The notes beneath the pieces are model-generated. The model made no database searches and was not told the DNA's origin. It was given only the letters and a program-made list of their open reading frames with translations. A stretch of 64,000 bases of DNA from an uncultured Candidatus Saccharibacteria bacterium (GTDB taxonomy: Bacteria; Patescibacteriota; Saccharimonadia; CAILAD01; BJGX01). Within the stretch, counting starts at the first letter, position 1, and each line of letters begins with the position of its first letter. Positions 29,149 to 36,571 of the stretch are shown piece by piece. Both the position numbers and the translations under genes were made by a program. The stretch lies in assembly GCA_964610335.1 (NCBI GenBank), contig CAZSVP010000003.1, forward strand, positions 141,531 to 205,530, in the 5' to 3' direction.

Positions 29149-29712
29149 ATGAAACTAATAGTCGGCCTGGGCAACCCAGGAAGTGAATATACCCAAACTC
29201 GCCACAACATCGGTTTTATGGTTGCTGATGAGTTAGCCAACCACTACCAGACCAGTTTTAGTGCTGATAAGAAGCTTAAGGCCGACATTGCCAAGTTTGA
29301 GTATCGCGATGAGTCTATATTGATTGCCAAGCCTCAAACCTTCATGAACCTGAGCGGTGACAGTGTGCGGCTGGTGATGGACTACTATAAGGTAGCACTC
29401 GAAGACGTGTGGGTGGTAAGTGACGATCTCGATCTGGAACTTGGTACTGTCCGCATCCGCCAAGGTGGAAGTGGTGGTGGACACAATGGTCTCAAGGATA
29501 TCATCCAGAAGGCCGGCGAAGACTTTGTGCGCTTTCGTGTGGGAATCAAAAACAACTTGTTAGATCGAGTACCTGCCGAAGATTTTGTATTGCAGAAATT
29601 CAGCAAAGAAGAGATTGAGCAACTACCCACAATTGTATCCAAGACTTCTACAATCGTGATAGATGTGATAGAAAATGGTGTCGAGCACGCCTCGCACTTA
29701 GTAGGACTATGA
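29149..29712 (+). CDS. pth: peptidyl-tRNA hydrolase
   Basis: MKLIVGLGNPGSEYTQTRHNIGF Pth signature. Confidence 0.9.
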   Translation: MKLIVGLGNPGSEYTQTRHNIGFMVADELANHYQTSFSADKKLKADIAKFEYRDESILIAKPQTFMNLSGDSVRLVMDYYKVALEDVWVVSDDLDLELGTVRIRQGGSGGGHNGLKDIIQKAGEDFVRFRVGIKNNLLDRVPAEDFVLQKFSKEEIEQLPTIVSKTSTIVIDVIENGVEHASHLVGL

Positions 29713-30302
29713 CTGGGGAGTCACTAGCGGGTGATTATGGCGATGTTGGTGCTGCTTATCGTAATATGGAAGCTCAAAAGTCACCGACCGATGTCGTATT
29801 AAGCACTCTTCACGCTACGGCTGAACAGCACGAAGATGGCGATAACTTCCGCTATTACACCCTTCAAAAACCGGAAGATTTTCTGAAATGGATGGCGGGC
29901 CAAGGCATAATTATGCACGGCACTACACGTAAGCTTGATCAGCTAGAACCACGAGCTGCCAACGACACCGCCAAAGAGTCAGGTAATCGTACAGCAGTAT
30001 ATATGACGGGCTCCGCCGAAATGGCTATGTTTAGTGCACTGACAGGTGGGGTAGAGATCAATGGCTGGCGCAGGAGTGGGATCAGTACTACTAGAGAGCC
30101 TGGAAAGCTACCAGTCACAGAAGTGACCTTTGCAGTCGAACACGACGAGCATGTCTATCCCGAGGGTTTCGTGTATCTAATTGATCAAGCTGATTCGGAT
30201 GAGCTTAGTGATAATGAATACAAATCATATAAGCCAGTCACTCCACTAGCGGCAATCAAGATCACTCGCAACCAATTCAACCATCCAATCGAAAAAATCT
30301 AA
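29709..30302 (+). CDS. hypothetical protein
   Basis: 197-aa ORF, ATGA-coupled to pth; no recognisable motif. Confidence 0.45.
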   Translation: MTGESLAGDYGDVGAAYRNMEAQKSPTDVVLSTLHATAEQHEDGDNFRYYTLQKPEDFLKWMAGQGIIMHGTTRKLDQLEPRAANDTAKESGNRTAVYMTGSAEMAMFSALTGGVEINGWRRSGISTTREPGKLPVTEVTFAVEHDEHVYPEGFVYLIDQADSDELSDNEYKSYKPVTPLAAIKITRNQFNHPIEKI

Positions 30303-30651
30303 AAAACCTGCTAAATAGTGTTTGTTTTTTGTTCGCTTATGCTTTATAATTATTGGTGACGTCGTAGTACCTTCCTGGCCATATTGGCCGTCGTCATTCG
30401 GGCCCCAATGAACTTTTTGATAATTTTACAAAATCCAAAGCGCTCCAAGCTCGCAATGGGTAATGCGTGTGTGCCAAAATGAAAAAGATCTCGGTGTGAA
30501 TCGAGATAGAAACAAACAGCTACTCTTATGTCTCTAAGTGGTTGATAGAGGGGGTGCCACTAAGCAGCCATGAGTTGTACAGCGATAGTAAAGCTCAAGC
30601 AGTAGGTTGAGCATAGAGCTTCGATGGTCAGTCTGCTGCTTGAGCTTGCTA

Positions 30652-30930
30652 AAACAAAAACAGACTAGTAGGCAAGCCCATAGTCTGTTTGTACACACCC
30701 TTTAACGCCGTCCCATGAGAATGGATTTTTCGGTCTCAAAATATATATATAGACCGCGGCGATTAAAGGGAGTAGCCTGCTACCACGAGAACCTAAAAGG
30801 AGGGTGAGTTTTAGGTCGTTTGGCTCGGGTAGCAGAGTACTCCCTTCAAACAAGTGTTTGATGATTTGGTTATTACCCTCACGGTTACTAACCCCTCGCA
30901 AAGTGCACACAATTACTGTGATTACTGAAT
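30652..30930 (-). ncRNA. candidate small RNA (promoter TTGACA-N17-TGaTAGTAT to intrinsic terminator), family unknown
   Basis: Minus-strand sigma70-like promoter around 30937-30965, rho-independent terminator (stem CAGACTA/TAGTCTG then TTTTTGTTTT) at 30652-30690; internal nested helices. Confidence 0.35.
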
Positions 30931-31012
30931 CGCAAGCTATACTATCACAGTACTCGTAGTTTGTCAATACTTTTAACACAAGAAGTTTTTACAACTCTTA
31001 TGGTTACCAGAT

Positions 31013-31876
31013 ATGAACGAGAAATCAAATATACAAGAACTGTGTTTAAATAGCAAGGGCTATCCGGAACTTTTAGCCACTATAGCCGCACCACCCAAAA
31101 AATTATATCTGAGAGGCAGTATCAAAGAGCTGCCATTAATTGCAGTAGTAGGCACGCGAAAGCCCACTGAGTATGGTCGCAAACTGTGCTATCGTATTTG
31201 CTATGATCTAGCTAGTAGCGGGATTGGGATAGTAAGTGGCCTAGCTTATGGCATCGATGCCATAGCACATCAAGCCGCTCTCGATGCTCGTGGTTATACA
31301 ATAGCTGTACTAGGTAACGCAATAGACAGTATTTATCCTGCTGGTAACCAACATATAGCAGGCAATATTCTAGAATCTGCTGGGGCAATTGTCAGTGAGT
31401 ACGAGCCAGGCGCCAATACTCAGCGGTTCAACTTCCCAGCTCGTAATCGCATAATTGCTGGACTAAGTCTGGGAGTATTAATACCAGAAGCAGATGCAAA
31501 AAGCGGTAGTCTTATCACCGCCAACTTTGCCGTTCAAGAAAACCGCATGGTTATGGCAGTACCAGGTAGTATATTTAATCTACGTAGTGCTGGACCCAAT
31601 AATTTACTCAAAAGTGGTGCTAAGCCTGTGACTGATGCTACAGATGTGCTGGCCGAGTTTGAATTACGCAACCCAGCCCTGACACGCAAAGCCCCCAAGC
31701 CTGCTAGCGCTACTGAAGCACGTATAATTGAGCTTGTAGAAGATGGTACAAATACTACCGAAGAGTTACTACGCCAGCTAGAACTCACTAGCCCTGAACT
31801 TGCCCAAACCCTTAGCCTGATGGAGATCACTGGCAAACTTCGCAGCCTTGGCGCTGGGCAGTGGGTAGCTCGATAA
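31013..31876 (+). CDS. dprA: DNA processing protein A (Smf)
   Basis: DprA Rossmann core (VVGTRKPTEYG, GLAYGIDAIAHQAAL, NRIIAGLS) plus C-terminal winged helix. Confidence 0.85.
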   Translation: MNEKSNIQELCLNSKGYPELLATIAAPPKKLYLRGSIKELPLIAVVGTRKPTEYGRKLCYRICYDLASSGIGIVSGLAYGIDAIAHQAALDARGYTIAVLGNAIDSIYPAGNQHIAGNILESAGAIVSEYEPGANTQRFNFPARNRIIAGLSLGVLIPEADAKSGSLITANFAVQENRMVMAVPGSIFNLRSAGPNNLLKSGAKPVTDATDVLAEFELRNPALTRKAPKPASATEARIIELVEDGTNTTEELLRQLELTSPELAQTLSLMEITGKLRSLGAGQWVAR

Positions 31877-31878
31877 TA

Positions 31879-31907
31879 TTGATTGTTCGTATAAAAAGTT
31901 GTACTAT
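31879..31907 (+). promoter_or_regulatory. sigma70-like promoter copy 1 (TTGATT-N17-TACTAT) for high-GC ORF-A
   Basis: Hexamers at 31879-31884 and 31902-31907; part of a ~35-50 bp motif repeated at 32360 and 32962. Confidence 0.5.
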
Positions 31908-31944
31908 CATCTGGTCCATACACGATCCCGACGAAAGGCCAAGA

Positions 31945-32280
31945 ATGTTCACCACAAAAGTTGAGGAACTCTGTCTGAGAGGCGAAGGCAAGGTGTTGTG
32001 CCACGGCACTGAAGTCCTGGACATGTTCGGACTGACCTACTTCGAAGTCGACCGACACCGGTTAGACCCAGAAGCGCGTGACCTCCTGCAAGGCTTGCTC
32101 GGTACCAGTTCCGTCCGTGGCCTCAAGATCACCCAGAACTTCGGGTCGAAACCCAACTTCAAGGTTCGGGTGTGCTTCGACAGGGTTCCGATCGATCATC
32201 TGGTGTTTGCGTTCAACGAGATCGCTCAGATGATCCAGCACCACATGCCAGAACTCGCTGGCGCGCCCGGCAGCGCCTGA
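31945..32280 (+). CDS. hypothetical protein, high-GC foreign gene (ORF-A, 111 aa)
   Basis: RBS GAAAGG 6 nt upstream of ATG 31945; ~60% GC versus ~45% in dprA; own promoter and terminator; track ORF starts at GTG 31861 overlapping dprA. Confidence 0.5.
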   Translation: MFTTKVEELCLRGEGKVLCHGTEVLDMFGLTYFEVDRHRLDPEARDLLQGLLGTSSVRGLKITQNFGSKPNFKVRVCFDRVPIDHLVFAFNEIAQMIQHHMPELAGAPGSA

Positions 32281-32326
32281 ACCACCAGGTTGCTCTGCCT
32301 CTATCCCGCCCCCATCCGACACGATT

Positions 32327-32356
32327 CCGCTCTCGGAAGAGGGCGGTTTCGCATTT
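32327..32356 (+). terminator. intrinsic terminator after ORF-A
   Basis: CCGCTCTC-GGAA-GAGGGCGG hairpin followed by TTTCGCATTTAT. Confidence 0.6.
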
Positions 32357-32359
32357 ATA

Positions 32360-32388
32360 TTGATTATTTACGGCTAAAGTTGTATACT
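32360..32388 (+). promoter_or_regulatory. sigma70-like promoter copy 2 (TTGATT-N17-TATACT) for NDT-like gene
   Basis: Hexamers at 32360-32365 and 32383-32388; near-duplicate of copy 1 architecture. Confidence 0.5.
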
Positions 32389-32433
32389 TGCCCAGTTCTT
32401 TGAACATAATTCGTCCTCAACCAAGGAGATCCC

Positions 32434-32907
32434 GTGGACACACTTGATACCATGGTGGCTTATCGCCACACCGGAGTGCCAGAGGCCGAGCTGGCTGAGC
32501 TCATGGAGGCAGTCAAAGTGGCTCTTGACGCCACTGGCTGGAACTGGCACTGCACCTACTGGGAAGAGGGAAACTTCCGCTCCCAGGGAGCCGGCCGGCG
32601 CGAGATCATGGACCATGCTCGTGAACAGCTCGATCAGATCAATTTCCTGATCTGCATCGTCGACAGCCCGATCGACAGCCCCGGCATGGTCTGGGAGATG
32701 GGCTACTGCCGCGCCAAGAAAATACCAATCCTGGCCTTGGTGCGTGCTGGTTGCAGCAACACCTACGGTGCCGACATGGCCGACAAGGTGGCCGAGTACG
32801 GTGAACCCTGGCAGATCGCCACTATCCTGGAGGATGTGGTGCACCATGGCGGTGCGCTCAACTACATCGCACAAGCCGGGGTAGTCCTCTACGAGTTCGA
32901 GTCATAG
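32434..32907 (+). CDS. nucleoside 2-deoxyribosyltransferase-like (SLOG/NDT-DNPH1 family) protein, 157 aa, high GC
   Basis: Active-site region DSPGMVWEMGYCRAKKIPILAL matches NDT/DNPH1 D.G..fE.G.a.a.gKP pattern with candidate catalytic Glu; RBS AAGGAG; GTG start; ~60% GC. Confidence 0.6.
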   Translation: MDTLDTMVAYRHTGVPEAELAELMEAVKVALDATGWNWHCTYWEEGNFRSQGAGRREIMDHAREQLDQINFLICIVDSPIDSPGMVWEMGYCRAKKIPILALVRAGCSNTYGADMADKVAEYGEPWQIATILEDVVHHGGALNYIAQAGVVLYEFES

Positions 32908-32960
32908 CCCGTCGCCAGCCGCGAAAATTCGTCCCAGGTGGTGACGGGTTTTCGCTTTTT
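32908..32960 (+). terminator. intrinsic terminator after NDT-like gene
   Basis: CCCGTCGCC...GGTGACGGG stem followed by TTTTCGCTTTTT. Confidence 0.5.
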
Positions 32961-32974
32961 ATTGATATTAATAT

Positions 32975-33004
32975 TTGACAACATTGTACTCACTCATATA
33001 TAGT
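32975..33004 (+). promoter_or_regulatory. topA promoter (TTGACA-N18-TATAGT), within repeat copy 3
   Basis: -35 TTGACA 32975-32980, -10 TATAGT 32999-33004, 60 nt upstream of topA ATG. Confidence 0.45.
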
Positions 33005-33064
33005 ACCGAACTTGACGCCGCTCACAATTTACTGCAACATAAGCGTTAACTACATTGATTTTAT

Positions 33065-35386
33065 ATGTCTAAAAACTTAGTAATAGTCGAATCACCAGCC
33101 AAAGCCAAGACAATTGAGAAATATCTTGGCACTGACTATCAGGTCCTCAGCTCGATGGGCCACATTCGCGATCTTCCCAAAAGTGGCATAGGCATAGATA
33201 TTGCCCATAATTTCAAACCTGAATATGAGATAAGCCCCGACAAAACTAAGACTGTCAGTGAGCTAAAGCGGGCCGCCAAAGGCAAAACCATTTGGCTAGC
33301 TACTGATGAAGACCGCGAAGGAGAGGCTATAAGCTGGCATCTGTGTTCAGCACTTGGCATCGATCCCAAAACTACCAAGCGTATCGTATTTCACGAGATC
33401 ACCAAGCCTGCTATTACTGAGGCCGTTAAATCACCACGCACAGTTGACCTAAATATGGTTGATGCCCAGCAAGCCCGACGTGTGCTTGACCGGCTAGTAG
33501 GCTACGAACTAAGTCCGGTCTTGTGGAAGAAAATTAAAACAGGCCTTAGCGCAGGTCGTGTGCAGTCAGTTGCTGTACGACTCATAGTAGAACGTGAGCG
33601 CGAAATAGAGCAATTTGCCGAAAAATCAGATTATAAGGTTACAGCTGAATTTTCTTCTAATAGTGGCGAGGTACTCAAGGCAGAGTTAAATACTAGATTC
33701 CCTGATAGCAAAACTGCTGAATCTTGGTTGAAAAAGGTAATTGGCAAGAACTTCGTACTCCAATCTGTCGAGAAAAAACCAGGTAAACGCAGCCCAGCTG
33801 CGCCATTTACTACCTCAACGCTTCAACAAGCCGCCTCGACTCGCTTAGGCTTCAGTGTGCGCCAAACTATGGTATTGGCCCAAAAACTCTATGAGGCAGG
33901 CCATATTACTTATATGCGTACTGATTCGGTCAGCCTTAGCGATCAAGCCCTCAAACAAGCTCGACAGGTTATTGAATCTGAATTTGGCAAAGATTTCTAC
34001 CTGGCGCGTCACTACAAGAACAAGTCCGCCAATGCCCAAGAGGCCCATGAGGCGATTCGACCAACAAACTTCGCAGTTGCTAAATGCGGTAATGAACCAG
34101 CCCAAATCAAACTTTACCAACTTATCCGCGCTCGTGCCCTTGGATCTCAAATGGCAGATGCCAAACTAGAGAAGACTGAAATGATCATAGTAACAGATGG
34201 TACTACAGAGAAGTTTGTTGCCAAAGGAGAGGTAATTGTGTTTGCCGGATTTCTACAAGCATATCCTAATTCTACAGGTAGAGATGACAGTATTCTACCT
34301 GATCTCAAATCTGGTGATCAGCTTAAGACTAATACAATCGTAGCCACCCAAACATATGCTCGACCATTAGCTCGCTATACTGAGGCCAGCCTGGTGCGCG
34401 AGCTCGAAAAGCGCGGCATTGGCCGACCAAGCACCTATGCACCAACCATATCCACCATCCAGACTCGTGAATACGTAACTAAATCTGAAGATATGGAAAA
34501 GCAGCGCGAGGTCACAATCCTAACCTTGCAATCTGGCAAGATCACAGTTGAGAATACCACTGAAAATTACGATACAGATCGAAACCGCCTTCGCCCAACA
34601 GATACTGGTACTGTGGTGACAGATTTTTTGGTTAAGTATTTCGCAGAAATCTTAGATTATGACTTTACCGCCAAGGTAGAGGCCGAATTTGATGATATTG
34701 CCAAAGGTGAAGAAAAGTGGCAAACCATGATAGCTGATTTTTACAAACCATTTCATAAGCTAATAGAGAGTAGTGAAGAAATCAGCCGACACGAAGCTAG
34801 CCAGGGAAGAATACTTGGAAAAGACCCAAAAAGTGGCAAGCCGGTGATAGCCAGGCTAGGCCGATATGGTGCCATGCTCCAGATAGGACAAGCTGAAGAT
34901 GAAGAAAAGCCTAAGTTCGCCCCTATGCCATCTGGCCGTAAGATAGGCGATGTTACACTTGAAGAAGCCCTGACCATGTTTAAACTACCAAGGGTAGTCG
35001 GGAAAACCGCCGAAAGTGAAGAGATTACTGCCAATATAGGACGATTTGGGCCTTACGTGAAGGTAGGTGACAGCTATGTGTCTATCAAGGACGAGGATCC
35101 ATTTAGTATCGATGAAGCAACTGCACGAAAGCTGATTATTGCCAAACGCAAAGCTGATGCCGAAAAGATTATTCAGAACTTCGAGGCAGAGAAGATACAG
35201 GTGTTGAATGGACGCTTTGGGCCCTATGTAACAGATGGCACCACCAATTCTAAAGTCCCCAAAGATCAAGACCCTAAGAAACTCAAACTCAAAGACTGCC
35301 AAGCTATGCTTGAGGAAGCACGTAACAAGCCGACTAAAGGTCGTCGATTTGCCCCAAAGGGTACCAAAAAAGCCACCAAAAAATAG
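33065..35386 (+). CDS. topA: DNA topoisomerase I
   Basis: TOPRIM N-terminus (LVIVESPAKAKTIEKYLG), active-site Tyr region, C-terminal Lys-rich tail; 773 aa. Confidence 0.9.
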   Translation: MSKNLVIVESPAKAKTIEKYLGTDYQVLSSMGHIRDLPKSGIGIDIAHNFKPEYEISPDKTKTVSELKRAAKGKTIWLATDEDREGEAISWHLCSALGIDPKTTKRIVFHEITKPAITEAVKSPRTVDLNMVDAQQARRVLDRLVGYELSPVLWKKIKTGLSAGRVQSVAVRLIVEREREIEQFAEKSDYKVTAEFSSNSGEVLKAELNTRFPDSKTAESWLKKVIGKNFVLQSVEKKPGKRSPAAPFTTSTLQQAASTRLGFSVRQTMVLAQKLYEAGHITYMRTDSVSLSDQALKQARQVIESEFGKDFYLARHYKNKSANAQEAHEAIRPTNFAVAKCGNEPAQIKLYQLIRARALGSQMADAKLEKTEMIIVTDGTTEKFVAKGEVIVFAGFLQAYPNSTGRDDSILPDLKSGDQLKTNTIVATQTYARPLARYTEASLVRELEKRGIGRPSTYAPTISTIQTREYVTKSEDMEKQREVTILTLQSGKITVENTTENYDTDRNRLRPTDTGTVVTDFLVKYFAEILDYDFTAKVEAEFDDIAKGEEKWQTMIADFYKPFHKLIESSEEISRHEASQGRILGKDPKSGKPVIARLGRYGAMLQIGQAEDEEKPKFAPMPSGRKIGDVTLEEALTMFKLPRVVGKTAESEEITANIGRFGPYVKVGDSYVSIKDEDPFSIDEATARKLIIAKRKADAEKIIQNFEAEKIQVLNGRFGPYVTDGTTNSKVPKDQDPKKLKLKDCQAMLEEARNKPTKGRRFAPKGTKKATKK

Positions 35387-35439
35387 TTGACCAAAACAAC
35401 TTTCGATGATATAATTGGGTGAGTAATTGATGCCAACAG

Positions 35440-36516
35440 ATGGGATTCATCGAGGCATCACATTTATTTTTCACCATAAACACTATGAAACAGTCAACTA
35501 ATCTAGATCGCGCAGCCCTGAGCAATGCGATTGAACACAATCTCAAATTACTCAAGAAAGATCGCGACCGCGAGGTATTGCGTCGTCGTCACGGCGTGGC
35601 TGCTTCTGGTCAGAATCAGACTCTTGAGCAAATTGGACAAGAGTTGGGAATAACTCGTGAACGAGTACGCCAGATAGAAAAGGCTGCTACCAACCGTATC
35701 CGCCAAAACCACAATTCACAGACTGATGTACACAATCAGATTGATGAAGTGCTGGCAAATTACGGTGGAGTGATGTGTTTTGGTGATCTTTGTACTGAAT
35801 TAAACCTAGATGAAGCTGACCAAGCCCACCTAGCACTTATCCTTAAGCTAAACCCTAATATTGGTTGGTACGACGAGCAACAATACGCTATACCATTGGT
35901 TGTGATCAATGACAGTTTTAGCGAAAGCGATATTATGGCTTTGCACGATGACTTGATTAGTACTATGACTGAACTCAAAAAGCCAGCTAAGTTTAGCACA
36001 GTTGCTGCCCGTATAGATGGTCCACATCAGGAGTCTACTTTGCAACAGATAGCTTTGGCCTCTACTAAGATTTCGAATTTTGAAGATAATTGGGGACTAA
36101 GTAAATGGCCAGAAGTTAACCCTAAAAGTATTCGAGATAAGATATTTCTAGTACTTAAAAAAGCTGGCCGACCAATGCACTTTACCGAAATTGCCAATAA
36201 CATAGGTAAGCTCAAAGCCAACCCCAAAAAAGTTACGACGCAAGCTGTGCACAACGAGCTTATCAAAGATAAGCGTTTTGTCTTGATAGGGCGTGGCATC
36301 TATGCTCTTACGGAATGGGGCTATCAGGCCGGCACTGTTGCTGATATTATAGAAGAAGTGCTACGCGAGAGCTCGCCACTGAGCCGCGATGAGATAATCC
36401 GTCGTGTACTGGCCCGACGTCAGGTCAAAGCTAGCACAATTGTACTCAATTTGCAGGAGAAACCTCAATTTGAGCGAGTCGACAAAGGCGTATACCAACT
36501 GAGTACACGGCAGTAA
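35440..36516 (+). CDS. DNA-binding protein with N-terminal sigma-70 region-4-like HTH and C-terminal HARE-HTH domain
   Basis: TLEQIGQELGITRERVRQIEKAATNRIRQ resembles sigma70 r4.2; C-terminal PMHFTEIANNI...RFVLIGRGIYALTEW matches HARE-HTH (RNAP delta-like) pattern; start may be ATG 35485. Confidence 0.5.
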   Translation: MGFIEASHLFFTINTMKQSTNLDRAALSNAIEHNLKLLKKDRDREVLRRRHGVAASGQNQTLEQIGQELGITRERVRQIEKAATNRIRQNHNSQTDVHNQIDEVLANYGGVMCFGDLCTELNLDEADQAHLALILKLNPNIGWYDEQQYAIPLVVINDSFSESDIMALHDDLISTMTELKKPAKFSTVAARIDGPHQESTLQQIALASTKISNFEDNWGLSKWPEVNPKSIRDKIFLVLKKAGRPMHFTEIANNIGKLKANPKKVTTQAVHNELIKDKRFVLIGRGIYALTEWGYQAGTVADIIEEVLRESSPLSRDEIIRRVLARRQVKASTIVLNLQEKPQFERVDKGVYQLSTRQ

Positions 36517-36571
36517 TAGACGCCTAAATAGTCCTCGTATAACTGAGTCGTAGTCTGCATAATACACCACC

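Noticed and set aside
30665-30979. 104-aa minus-strand ORF in the 710-bp gap
   Set aside because: It uses a GTG start, contains the predicted promoter hexamers within its codons, ends inside the terminator hairpin, and has no protein-like features. An RNA gene is more plausible.
30303-31012. tmRNA, RNase P RNA or SRP RNA in the large noncoding gap
   Set aside because: No tRNA-like 3' end (TTCGA-type T-loop plus CCA) and no P4/GGAAAGTCCGG-type or GGAAGCAGCCA-type conserved motifs were recognisable by eye. This is left as an unclassified candidate sRNA pending an Rfam scan.
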